Positions 50,071 to 60,000 of a stretch of 64,000 nt of DNA are shown one piece after another; position 1 is the stretch's first letter, and every line of letters begins with the position of its first letter. A program made the translations under genes and the position numbers. The notes beneath the pieces are model-generated. The model was not told the origin of the DNA. It made no database searches and saw nothing but the letters and a program-made list of their open reading frames with translations. The DNA comes from Candidatus Latescibacterota bacterium (GTDB lineage Bacteria; Latescibacterota; UBA2968; UBA8231). Location of the stretch: NCBI GenBank assembly GCA_965248265.1, contig CBDFJF010000001.1:1216001-1280000 (forward strand). Reading direction: 5' to 3'.

Positions 50071-50730
50071 ATGAGCAGCCGTAACCCTTACATAGATGAA
50101 AAACTGTACGACTACATCCTCGGAACCTCTCTGCGGGATTCACCCCTGCTGGTCCGCCTCAGGGAGGAGACCTCGGAGATGCCCAATGGAGAGATGCAGA
50201 TCTCTCCCGACCAAGGTCAGTTCATGAGCCTGCTGGTCAAGTTGATCGGGGCGCACAAGATCATCGAAGTCGGTTGCTTTACTGGTTACAGCAGTACGGT
50301 CATGGCTCAGGCCCTTCCCGACGACGGAGTTCTGATTACGTGTGATATCAGCGAAGAATTCACCACCGTGGCCCAGCGTTACTGGCGTGAAGCTGGAGTG
50401 GCCGGCAAGATTGAGCTGCGACTGGGCGCGGCGACGAAGACGTTGACCGAATTGTCGGTGGAGGAAGCCGGAACCTTCGATCTGGCCTTCATCGACGCTG
50501 ACAAGACCAGTTACGCCGCTTATGTCGACGCGTGCCTGCAGCTGCTTCGGCCTGGCGGCCTGATGCTGATCGATAATGTGCTCTGGCAGGGAAGGGTGGC
50601 TGACGCTGATGAAAAGGACGAAACGACTGTCGCGATCCGAAAGCTGAATACCGCGTTGCGGGATGACGAGCGCGTGGACCTGTCACTGCTCTCGATCGGC
50701 GACGGTCTCACGCTTGCGCGCAAGCGCTGA
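50071..50730 (+). CDS. Cation-dependent O-methyltransferase (caffeoyl-CoA OMT-like)
   Basis: MQISPDQGQF, EVGCFTGYS, FIDADK, DNVLW, IGDGLT. Confidence 0.92.
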   Translation: MSSRNPYIDEKLYDYILGTSLRDSPLLVRLREETSEMPNGEMQISPDQGQFMSLLVKLIGAHKIIEVGCFTGYSSTVMAQALPDDGVLITCDISEEFTTVAQRYWREAGVAGKIELRLGAATKTLTELSVEEAGTFDLAFIDADKTSYAAYVDACLQLLRPGGLMLIDNVLWQGRVADADEKDETTVAIRKLNTALRDDERVDLSLLSIGDGLTLARKR

Positions 50731-50754
50731 ATCGCCACCTCGAGTCCGGAGAAT

Positions 50755-51600
50755 TCACTCCAGAACGTCGCTGTGCTCGACCTGGAATACCTGTGAGTGC
50801 AGGTTGGCCAGCCACTGTTTCCCGTCCTGCGTCGCCTGGAGGAATCTGGTTGCGTGCTGGATGTAAGGGCTGACTTCCTTCCAGAAGAAACTGGCGTACC
50901 CGCGCCGCATGTCATCGGGGGTTTTATACCCGGCCTCGGCGTTGCCCCCACTCTGTTCGAACTCGTAGAACAGCGCTGGGATCTTGCGCAGATAATCGGG
51001 GTCTCCCAGTTGTCCGATAAAGTCGGCGGCACGGAGAAGACCTGCGAAACTCTGCGTGTCCTTGTAGTCCGGGTCGTCCGGTACCGGAAAACGAGTCGTT
51101 TCGATGTAGGAAGCGATGATCTCAGGATCGAGGTCCAGGAGAGTCTTCCCGCCAAAGCGCTCCCGTACGAATTGCTTGCTGCGGTCGACGTGGTACGGCG
51201 TCAACGAGGCATCGGTTCCGCCCGGAGGGAGTTTGATCGTCTTTTTGCCCACCCCGGTCGCGTAGGTGCCAACCCCATCGAGCTTGCACACGCCACGCAC
51301 GTATCCGATGTCGTGACAGAGTAGGGCCGTGATGAAATGGGCCCACTCGCGCGGCGACACGCCACCGGCCGTCAGGTGTTTGCCGATCAGAATCTGCTGT
51401 CCCACTGTGGTCACCAGCATCGTATGCTCAATGTCGTGGTAAAGCATGTCGGAGTTGGCGATGTTTTCCAGCGCGAAGCGTCCCACCCAGTTGACGTAGC
51501 CACTGTAGGACGATTCCAGGTCTCCGAAGGCGTCCTTGTAGTCTGCCTCCAGACTCTGACTGAACCGCTTTATGGTTAGGTATTTGAAATTGAATAACAT
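50755..51600 (-). CDS. HD-domain metal-dependent phosphohydrolase (Npun_R2479-like)
   Basis: YHDIEHT, LCHDIGYV, TPYHVDRSK, RAADFIGQL. Confidence 0.85.
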   Translation of the reverse strand: MLFNFKYLTIKRFSQSLEADYKDAFGDLESSYSGYVNWVGRFALENIANSDMLYHDIEHTMLVTTVGQQILIGKHLTAGGVSPREWAHFITALLCHDIGYVRGVCKLDGVGTYATGVGKKTIKLPPGGTDASLTPYHVDRSKQFVRERFGGKTLLDLDPEIIASYIETTRFPVPDDPDYKDTQSFAGLLRAADFIGQLGDPDYLRKIPALFYEFEQSGGNAEAGYKTPDDMRRGYASFFWKEVSPYIQHATRFLQATQDGKQWLANLHSQVFQVEHSDVLE

Positions 51601-51709
51601 GCGGGGCTGCCCTTCAGTTTTGGTAATATCGACGGTAATTGAGAATCTAGGCGGTTTGGACACCTGGCGCCACGGCAATCCCGCTTGTCGCTGAAAGGAG
51701 CCGATCGCG

Positions 51710-52543
51710 ATGACCTACATTGATGCCCACGTACATGTGTGGACGGACGACTACGCCCGCTTCCCTTTCCCTGGCACTCAGGGCCAGGGCACGATCGAAC
51801 CTCGGGTCTTTCTCCCTGTCGATATCCTGGCACACGCGAACCCCTGTGGGGTGGAGCGAATCGTGCTGGTGCAGATGAGTTACTACGCGACCGACAATTC
51901 CTACATGCTCCACGTCATCGAAGAGTATCCGGATGTTTTTACCGGCATCGGCATCGTCGATCCCACGGTAGGCGAACCAGATGTTGAGATGATGCGGTTG
52001 CAGGAACGGGGAGTCAGAGGGTTTCGCGTCAGCCCGAGGCAATCGCCCGAATCGTGGCTCGATGGCGAGGGCTTTGAACGCATGTTTCGTGCTGGAGCTG
52101 ACCACAACCTGGCGATCTGCCCGCTCATCAATCCCGAGGCCTTGCCCGCACTCGAGCGCCAGTGCGAGCGCTTTTCACAAACCCCCGTCATCATCGATCA
52201 CCTCTGCCGCATCGGTGCGGACGGCGAGATCAGGGCACACGACGTGGAGTCCCTGTGCGCACTTGCCCGCTTCCCCAGGGTCATGGTGAAGGTTTCCGCA
52301 TTCTACGCGCTGGGCGGGAAGCAACCGCCCTACGACGACCTGGCGCCGTTGATTCGCCAGGTGTACGAGTCCTTTGGGCCGGAGCGCTTGATGTGGGCAA
52401 GTGACTGTCCTTACCAGGTCGCCGCACCACACACATATGAAAACGGTGTCAATCTCGTGCGGACCCGGCTCGACTTCCTCTCCGACGCGGATCGCGATCA
52501 GATACTCGGAGCAACCGCCGAGGCGTTCTTCTTCGATACGTGA
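51710..52543 (+). CDS. Amidohydrolase_2 family protein
   Basis: IDAHVHVW, IIDHL, KVSAF, FGPERLMWASDCP. Confidence 0.88.
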   Translation: MTYIDAHVHVWTDDYARFPFPGTQGQGTIEPRVFLPVDILAHANPCGVERIVLVQMSYYATDNSYMLHVIEEYPDVFTGIGIVDPTVGEPDVEMMRLQERGVRGFRVSPRQSPESWLDGEGFERMFRAGADHNLAICPLINPEALPALERQCERFSQTPVIIDHLCRIGADGEIRAHDVESLCALARFPRVMVKVSAFYALGGKQPPYDDLAPLIRQVYESFGPERLMWASDCPYQVAAPHTYENGVNLVRTRLDFLSDADRDQILGATAEAFFFDT

Positions 52544-52554
52544 TCTCGAATTCG

Positions 52555-53082
52555 TCAGAATCCCCAGTTCACTATCGGCAGGAAGCCTCTGGGCGTACCG
52601 CTTTTGTTGAAATTGAGAATGCCGACCTGCAACGCGCCATCCAGACTCTCAGCGGTGTTCCAGATCCCCAGTTGCAGCCCGTGTAGCTCGCCTGCCTGAT
52701 TGTAGAATGCTGTCTGCAATCCCGAGGTACGACCACCGGTTATGTTGACGACGCCGGTCTGCCAACCTTTGAATTCGCCATTCACACGGTTGTACACCCC
52801 GTCCTGAAGGCCCGACGCGTTGCCGTCCACTATATTGACCAGCCCTGACTGCAGACCAACGAAATCACCTGTCGTCTTGGTCACCAGGCCGAGATCCAGA
52901 CCGGTGACGTCATGATTGACACCGTAGATCAAACTCAACCTGAGACCCTTCACCGATTCGTCTGCGGAGACAATCTGAGCAGGCGTGTAGAGCGCGACCT
53001 GGATCGGTGATTCTGCTCCTACCTGGGTGGCAAGGCAGGCGGTGAGAACGATCATGGGTGCTGTACCATATATCCGTTTCAT
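52555..53082 (-). CDS. Exported GxQxGxxN repeat protein (LA_2272-like)
   Basis: Signal peptide; GLQSGLVN, GWQTGVVN, GLQLGIWN; terminal FLPIVNWGF. Confidence 0.8.
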   Translation of the reverse strand: MKRIYGTAPMIVLTACLATQVGAESPIQVALYTPAQIVSADESVKGLRLSLIYGVNHDVTGLDLGLVTKTTGDFVGLQSGLVNIVDGNASGLQDGVYNRVNGEFKGWQTGVVNITGGRTSGLQTAFYNQAGELHGLQLGIWNTAESLDGALQVGILNFNKSGTPRGFLPIVNWGF

Positions 53083-53371
53083 CGGTTTGCTCCCGTTCGG
53101 TGTGGTTGAGCGCAACCTACTCTATCCTCGCCTCTCTTCTTCCACTCTTCCGTGTCAGTGCTCTCGTGAGATCGATCATCCGGAGCGCGAGGAGTATAGC
53201 TAGCAGGAGCTGAGTTTGCCACATCCCCACGGACCCCCACCAGCCTACTGCATTGACGTCTACCCGTATAATGGTGTAGGATACGCCCAGCGATCGCGAC
53301 ATCTGTTCATGAACTCAAACGAACTTAGCCCCGCCGGCACCTGACGGCCGGTGCTAACGTGGAGCAACTGC

Positions 53372-54307
53372 ATGGCTCGTGTTGTCTATTTCAACGGTGA
53401 CTTCATCCCCGAAATCGATGCTCGGATCTCCATTTTCGATTCTGCCCTCATGGTCGGGGACATGGTCTTCGAAATGACGCGGACCTTCAATCAGAAGCCG
53501 TTTCAGCTGCGGCACCACCTGGAGCGCCTGTATTCATCGCTCGAGTACGCGCAGATCGAATGCGGACTCACCATCGACGAGATGGAAACGGCCACCCACG
53601 AACCCATCGAGCGCAATCTGCCCAGACTGGAGGACTTCGATATCCAGATCATGCACGACGTGTCGCGGGGTGCCCTGGATCTGTATGAAACACTGGTGCG
53701 GGAAGGAACGCGACCGATCGTTTCGATCAACGTCCTGCCCCTGGTGCGGCACATCGGCCGCTCGGCGAATGCCTATGAGACGGGCGTGCACTTCGTCATT
53801 ACGCCTCAGCTGTCGGTGCCAGCGCGCTATATCGACCCCAAAGCCAAGAACCGGAGTCGCATTTATTACAAAATCGCCGAGCTGCAGGCAGCCCAGATCG
53901 AGGCGGGCGCCTACGCGCTGCTGCGGGACGAGCGCGGCTTCATCACCGAGGGCACGGGCAACAACTTCTTCATGGTCCGCAACAGCGAGATCCTCACACC
54001 ACGGCCGCACGATATTTTGCGTGGTGTTTCACGCGAATTCTGCATGGGATTGGCGAGCAGGCTCGGGATCCCCGTTCACGAGGCCGATATCGAGCCGTAT
54101 GATGTCCGCGAAGCCGACGAAGCCTGGTACACCAGCACCACCGTCTGTATGGTACCGGTGACGCGCTTTGACCTGCGTCCGGTAGGCGACGGCATCCCGG
54201 GCCCCGTCTACCAAAGGCTGCTGGCCGCTTGGTCAAATGAGGTCGATGTCGACATCGCCGAACAGGCAAGGGATTACGGCAAGATCGCTGATGAGTGGAC
54301 ACCCTAA
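53372..54307 (+). CDS. Class IV aminotransferase (branched-chain/D-amino-acid type)
   Basis: GDMVFEMTRTF, HLERL, K in PKAKNRSR, EGTGNN, LRGVSR. Confidence 0.9.
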   Translation: MARVVYFNGDFIPEIDARISIFDSALMVGDMVFEMTRTFNQKPFQLRHHLERLYSSLEYAQIECGLTIDEMETATHEPIERNLPRLEDFDIQIMHDVSRGALDLYETLVREGTRPIVSINVLPLVRHIGRSANAYETGVHFVITPQLSVPARYIDPKAKNRSRIYYKIAELQAAQIEAGAYALLRDERGFITEGTGNNFFMVRNSEILTPRPHDILRGVSREFCMGLASRLGIPVHEADIEPYDVREADEAWYTSTTVCMVPVTRFDLRPVGDGIPGPVYQRLLAAWSNEVDVDIAEQARDYGKIADEWTP

Positions 54308-54841
54308 GATGTCACTTGCTCAGGTTGAACAGAAAATCCACCTGTGTATAGATCTGAGCCACCGAGTCGTCGCCGTTTACCAGCGCGTACCTGACTCCCC
54401 CAAGCACACGCCGGGATGACCCAAGCCGTCTCAACAGACCCGCCTTCAAGCCAACCAGGCCACCGCGACGATCGACGTCGTACAAGGACTCTCCCGCTGT
54501 AAAGAAAACCCAGCGCCGCAACCGAAAGAACCAGTGAGACTGCGCGATTGTCGCCGCGAATAGCTCCCAGTGCCATTCCAGCTGCCGCACACGTGGTACA
54601 TGTGATCATGACCTTTATAGAATCCTCCCGAGTGTCGCAGATCCGATTCCACAGGTAGATACTCGCTCATGGCCGCCAGGCATGCCGTGCGAGAAGGCCA
54701 CTCCGGCTCGACTCTCGGCAGCGGAAGATCGTGGACGTGTGCGCACGGGCATATGGCCTATAATATGTCGCGCACTCCATTGATAAATTTCGCACTCCAT
54801 GCTGGACAAGCTCGCCTGGCGTGCATTCGAGAAATGGGACC

Positions 54842-56146
54842 ATGACGGAAACAGAAACTGAAGCGGAATCTGGCAATGACCAGCCGACGGCACTGCTGAT
54901 CATCCCGGGGGGAGGCGGCAAGTCTGAACAGGCTCTGTCCAAATTCCTCCAGATGATATTGGAGTACCGCTACGGGCTCGAGGTTGAATTGATAACCAAT
55001 GTGCGCCTCGTGGTCTCGGTCCTGAAGGAGCACAAGGCCCTGCACTCGGTTTACCTGATACAGGGCCAACCGGTCAGTGTCAACAGCACCGTTCCGATAC
55101 TCACGGCGAAAGGCACACTCCCCCTGTTCATCATTCAACCCAAACGCATCGCCCAGGATCAGATGGAGCAAAGCAAGGATGTGGAAGGGGTCCACGTTTG
55201 CGCCTGGGAATCGGCCTTCGGTCACAGCGATGCCTGCCTGGCGCGGACGGTCTCCCGAGGCCTCTCCCTGGCGGACCGCAGCTCAGGTAGTTCAGGTGAG
55301 GACGACGCGGAGCGGCTACGAGAGCGCCTGGCCAAGCTGGACACCCTGCCCAGCCTGCCGACGGTCGTGGGCCGGCTGATGCAGCTCATCCAGGATCCCA
55401 AATCGACGATGTCAGAGCTCGAAGTGCTCCTCGACTCCGACCCCGCCATTGCCCTCAAAGTCAGACAGGTGGCCAACTCCGCCGCCGTCGCCGGTGCCTC
55501 CGCCAAGGGCGCTGGCTCGCTGAAAGACGCCATCACGCGGTTGGGTACCAGAAAGGTTGGCGCCATCGCCCAGCAAATCGCCTTGATCAACTCGATGGTG
55601 CAACCCGACGCCAGCGACTTCGACTTGCGCAAGTTCTGGGGCCACTCGCTGGCCTGCGCCATCGTCGCCGACCGCGTGCACGACGGCGAGTTCGTCGACT
55701 GGGAGGAGAGGGTGCCGTTCAACGACTACTGGATTGCAGCACTGCTGCACGACTGCGGCAAAGCCATACAGGGGTTCTTCTTCTGGGACTGGTTCGAGCG
55801 TATCACTGAAACCATGGAGGAAGAAGAGTGCTCGTTCTACGATGCTGAAACCGCGCTCGGGGACGGCCTGATCACCCACGACCAGATCAGCGAGATGATG
55901 CTGCAGAAGGCGGAAATGCCAGAGGAACTGGTCGAGGCTGTGGGACTTCATCACGAACCGGGTGAAGCACCTACACCGTTGGTTGCCCTCATTCATGTGG
56001 CCGACGCTCTGTGCAATGATATGGGCTTTGGCTACAACGACACGATCAAAGTGAAATACGACCGGAAGGCGCTCAAAACGCTGGGACTGACCAAAGAAAC
56101 GGTTTCGGAAATGGTCGAAACCCTGCGCGAGCCGGTTGCCAAGTAG
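54842..56146 (+). CDS. HDOD-domain protein with degenerate receiver-like N-terminus
   Basis: LPSLP, DPAIALKV..ANSA, FWGHSL, ALLHDCGK, HHEP. Confidence 0.85.
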   Translation: MTETETEAESGNDQPTALLIIPGGGGKSEQALSKFLQMILEYRYGLEVELITNVRLVVSVLKEHKALHSVYLIQGQPVSVNSTVPILTAKGTLPLFIIQPKRIAQDQMEQSKDVEGVHVCAWESAFGHSDACLARTVSRGLSLADRSSGSSGEDDAERLRERLAKLDTLPSLPTVVGRLMQLIQDPKSTMSELEVLLDSDPAIALKVRQVANSAAVAGASAKGAGSLKDAITRLGTRKVGAIAQQIALINSMVQPDASDFDLRKFWGHSLACAIVADRVHDGEFVDWEERVPFNDYWIAALLHDCGKAIQGFFFWDWFERITETMEEEECSFYDAETALGDGLITHDQISEMMLQKAEMPEELVEAVGLHHEPGEAPTPLVALIHVADALCNDMGFGYNDTIKVKYDRKALKTLGLTKETVSEMVETLREPVAK

Positions 56147-56305
56147 ATCGTGGAACTGGTCAGCCAGTGCCTGGGCGACTCACCATCCGACTGAGTCGCG
56201 GCCTCGTCTCGACCGTGCCGCACTCGCAGATTTTCTTCGTTACCGTCCTTCTCTGCATCATCGCATCCGCCCTCTTGGTAGAAAGTCGCGCCACCACAGT
56301 CGGGG

Positions 56306-57223
56306 TTATCGATTGATCAGGATGATACCGATGACGATGATGATTGCGCCGGTAGTGGCTGTCAGCAGACTTGCCGGTACCTGGAGACCCAGACCCGGCG
56401 CGATGGCGTCGACGGTAATCTGCAGGACAAAGGTCATGAAGACGGAGCTGAGAAACAGGATGGAGCAGCGTGAGGCGCCGATGTGGGGCATCGCGGCGTT
56501 GTAGGTCAACCAGGAGATGCCCAGCAGGAAGCCTCTGATGATGATGACGAAGAGCACTGGCCAGACGATTGTTCTGACTGGGGTTGCCGTAACAGTGGCA
56601 ACCAACGGAGCCACCCCCAACACGAAGGGTAGCATGAAGACGGAGCCGATGAGAAACCCGCCGGCAGTGACAAAGCGGGGATCGCGGCGATCGAGCAGCG
56701 GCTTGAGTGCAACAATGCCAGCGGCGAACGATGTCGCGGCGAGCAGGGTCAGCGCCTCCCCAGTTCCCAGCTGCAGCTCCCAGATGGCGGGATCGAAGTT
56801 GACGAGACTCGTCCCACCCACAGCGAGGAAGGTGCCAAACCAGTGGCGGGCAGACCACTTCTCACCGAGAAAGAGCACGGCGAGGATGACGACGAAAATC
56901 GCTTCGAGTCGGCCGAGCATAACAGTTTTAGCGGCGCCGATGTGGTCGATGGCGAGGTAGTAGAGGACGAAGCCGACGCAGAAAATCGCCATGCCGCCCG
57001 CGAAGAGGCGAAACCAGTCCGCCGCAGGCCAGCGGCGCCAGGGGCGTGAGCCATCACTGAGGACGGGGATGAGGAGGAGGCCAAGTGCGGAGAGGTTGGA
57101 GAAGAAAGCGATCGACAGCGAGGTGACAGAGAACCTGAGCGCAATTTCAGTGAGAATGGCACCCAGGGCAGCGGCGGCGGCCGAAGCAAAGACGAACAGG
57201 GTGTAGCGGTTTTTTGGTGTCAC
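56306..57223 (-). CDS. DMT/EamA-family transporter
   Basis: About 10 TM; LAVLFLGEK; duplicated EamA halves; GTG start inferred. Confidence 0.82.
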   Translation of the reverse strand: MTPKNRYTLFVFASAAAAALGAILTEIALRFSVTSLSIAFFSNLSALGLLLIPVLSDGSRPWRRWPAADWFRLFAGGMAIFCVGFVLYYLAIDHIGAAKTVMLGRLEAIFVVILAVLFLGEKWSARHWFGTFLAVGGTSLVNFDPAIWELQLGTGEALTLLAATSFAAGIVALKPLLDRRDPRFVTAGGFLIGSVFMLPFVLGVAPLVATVTATPVRTIVWPVLFVIIIRGFLLGISWLTYNAAMPHIGASRCSILFLSSVFMTFVLQITVDAIAPGLGLQVPASLLTATTGAIIIVIGIILINR

Positions 57224-57385
57224 TGATGCGGCTGCCCGTGGTGAGTTGGAGCCATAATCAAAGTACGCTACGGTTACAGAAGCAAACGCAGCCTGAAAGT
57301 CATGACGCCGGCGAGAAGCCCGAGGCGGCGGCGTGAGCTGCCACTGCTTTGAGCCCGCCAGGTGCTCATGCGAAGGATGGGACTG

Positions 57386-57653
57386 ATGATGTTGGACGGA
57401 AAAGTCGCGATCGTGACCGGAGCCTCGCGCGGATTGGGGGAAGGAATTACCCGGGCACTGGCGCATCGCCGGGACCCGCAGCTCCGAGCCGGAGCGCTAC
57501 CTGCGCGAGTTGGGCCAGGGTATGCCCCTCGGCCGGCTCGGCACGCCCGAAGACATGGGTGAGCTGACCGTGTTCCTGGCTTCGGATCGCTCGCGCTACA
57601 TCACCGGCACCGAAATCGTCATCGACGGAGGCAACGTCATCTGCGAGCATTGA
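57386..57653 (+). pseudogene. SDR oxidoreductase with the catalytic core deleted
   Basis: LDGKVAIVTGASRGLGEGI joined out of frame to MPLGRLGTPED..FLASDRSRYITGTEIVIDGG*. Confidence 0.85.
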
Positions 57654-57727
57654 GAGCGTAGAGCATTTTTGCGCGTGCGACGGCTCGGCTCGAAACCAAT
57701 CCGTGCAAGCAAGGAGAACAGAAATCC

Positions 57728-58660
57728 ATGCGCATAGCTGTCGTGGGACCGGGTGGCCTCGGAGGTCGATACGCCGTCCTATTGGCGCAGGCCGGTGAGG
57801 AAGTCTCCGTGATTGCCCGCGGTACCCACCTCGAGGCGATCCGGGAGAAGGGCCTCACCCTGCGGCGCTTCGAGGAAGAGGTGGCGACAGTCAAGATGCC
57901 GGCCACAGACGATCCCGGCGAGGTGGGCCCCGTCGATCTGGTCCTGTTCTGCGTCAAGGCCTACGACCTCGAGTCCGCTGCGACACGGGCCCTCCCCCTC
58001 GTCGCCGAGCATACCGTCATACTGCCGATCCAAAACGGTGTGACCATCGGTACCAGCTTGCGCCAGGTCGTTGGCGAGAACGCCGTGCTGGGCGGCGCCA
58101 CCTACGCCGACGGCACCATCGTAGAGCCCGGGGTAATCACCCACGGCCACATCGAAGCCCCGATCCTGTTCGGAGAGCTGGAGGGCGGCGAGAGCGAGCG
58201 CACCGCGATTATCCAGACTACGTTCGATAACGCCGGTCTGCAGGCGGAGGCAAGAACGGATATATCGGTGGTGTTGTGGGAGAAGTTCGTCGCTGTCTGC
58301 GCTACTGCTGGCGTCCTCGCGGTGCTTCGCCTTCCTCTCGGCACCGCCTTCGAGATTCCCGAGTGTGGCGAGCTGCTCCTCGGTGTCATGCGGGAAGTGG
58401 AAGCGCTATCGCACGCGAAGGGCATTGGCCTCGAAAAGGGCATCGCCGATCGTCAGTTCACCTATCTCCGAGACAAGGTTCCCCCGTCGACGCGCAGCTC
58501 GCAGCTCAACGACATCCTCAATGGCCGGCGGCTGGAGCTGGAGTATCTCAATGGCGCTGCCGTGAGGCTCGGCGAAGAGCTGGGCGTGCCGACCCCGTTG
58601 AACCGATTCTGTTACGCCGCCCTGAAGCCGCACGTCGACGGGGCGCCCGACCGCAAATGA
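57728..58660 (+). CDS. panE: 2-dehydropantoate 2-reductase family protein
   Basis: GPGGLGG, CVKAYD, QNG, WEKF, SS..DI..GRRLELEYLNG. Confidence 0.85.
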   Translation: MRIAVVGPGGLGGRYAVLLAQAGEEVSVIARGTHLEAIREKGLTLRRFEEEVATVKMPATDDPGEVGPVDLVLFCVKAYDLESAATRALPLVAEHTVILPIQNGVTIGTSLRQVVGENAVLGGATYADGTIVEPGVITHGHIEAPILFGELEGGESERTAIIQTTFDNAGLQAEARTDISVVLWEKFVAVCATAGVLAVLRLPLGTAFEIPECGELLLGVMREVEALSHAKGIGLEKGIADRQFTYLRDKVPPSTRSSQLNDILNGRRLELEYLNGAAVRLGEELGVPTPLNRFCYAALKPHVDGAPDRK

Positions 58661-58955
58661 CTCACCGAGCACTGCGTCGATCAGCGTTGGGCCCGGTTTG
58701 GCAGCGTGAACCAAATACTGAGATACTCGGCGGTATGCGCTCTAGCGCTGGTGTTGGTCAACCGCTGTGCGCTGGCGGTTCAGGCGGACGGCGGCGGCCG
58801 GCATGGTGCCGGTTGGTGAGCAAGCGACGATCCAACCCTGTGTCCATCTGGTACGTCCCGCGCACCCGTGTCATGGTGTATCGACTAGCTCACGGTAGTG
58901 TGTTGATTCCTTCACACGGCGGTTGCGTTGCCTCGCTCAGACTCTGTTCGCCTGA

Positions 58956-59822
58956 TCACAGCTCCAACCGCAGCCCATCGTACGGCAGCTGCAACCCGCG
59001 TGCGGCCATCTCATCGGCGATATCGTCGTGCGGCGGCACGGTTTCCAGGCTCAGGTGTGAGAGCAGCACGACGGTGTTGTCGATGACCGTGCCGTAGCCG
59101 CGCAGTTCGGCGACCAACTCTTCGACGATGGCGAAATTCATGTGGCCGCTGCCGGTGAGATCGATCTCCATCGGTCCGAAAGTGGCATCGAGGACGGCCG
59201 CGTCAAAACGAAAATCCTGCATGCGTTCGATCGCCTCTGGTAGCGGGTAGGAAGAATCGAGACCGTAGAAGAAGGTCTTGCCATCCCGTTCGATGATGTA
59301 GTTGAGTGCCTGCTGCTCCGGGACCAGGTTGGTCTTGTCGATAAAATGATTGCTCGGCAGGACCGTGAACGAGGCGTCCGCCGCCATGAACGTATCACCC
59401 GGCCCGACGGTGTGATAGCGCACTTCGGCGGCGCTCTCCTGCTTGAAGAAGCGCCCCATGGCGGCATCCCACCGATGCGTTGCTGCAAACGCGATTGCCT
59501 CTCCGACCATGGTATTGCCGTAGATGTCGAGCCCTCCCGGTAACTTTGCTGCAAGCTCCAGAATGGCCTTCGGCCTGAAGTGGTCACCATGCCCGTGGGT
59601 CATGACAAGATGCGAGACCGCCTGCTCGCTTGCTCCAAATGACTCCACTGGCCCTGCGTCGTGGTAGTCGATGCGTATGTCCGGCTCGAGCAGGATCGAT
59701 GCCGGCCCACGCAGGTTTCGCCCTCCTAATTCGCGCACCCGTGGCAGGTACCCGTCCGTGATGGATTCGTCTGCTAACTTCGGCGTATCACCGGCGCCGG
59801 TCCCTACGAATAGGATTTTCAC
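58956..59822 (-). CDS. MBL-fold metallo-hydrolase (PhnP-like)
   Basis: FVGTGAG, THGHGDH, NH, YGLDS, DATFG, GHM, SHLS. Confidence 0.82.
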   Translation of the reverse strand: MKILFVGTGAGDTPKLADESITDGYLPRVRELGGRNLRGPASILLEPDIRIDYHDAGPVESFGASEQAVSHLVMTHGHGDHFRPKAILELAAKLPGGLDIYGNTMVGEAIAFAATHRWDAAMGRFFKQESAAEVRYHTVGPGDTFMAADASFTVLPSNHFIDKTNLVPEQQALNYIIERDGKTFFYGLDSSYPLPEAIERMQDFRFDAAVLDATFGPMEIDLTGSGHMNFAIVEELVAELRGYGTVIDNTVVLLSHLSLETVPPHDDIADEMAARGLQLPYDGLRLEL

Positions 59823-60000
59823 TTTCCTCTCCCGCTTTGGTCTGCCGCTTTGGTTTCCATGCCTGTGGCCGCGGCAAGAATAAGGAGATTCTCATCGACG
59901 CGCCGACCCCGTTGACCGATAGTTGCGTACGGCGCTTGATTGGTCTCTACTTTACACCTGTTCCTATGTGTTGACAGCCACCAGGCGCATCCTCGGGCTT

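Noticed and set aside
54304-54670. Small membrane protein gene on the minus strand
   Set aside because: Competing short frames and no family recognised; cannot be supported
56144-56146. Pyrrolysine recoding
   Set aside because: TAG is used as an ordinary stop elsewhere in the window, there are no pyl genes, and the position is not catalytic
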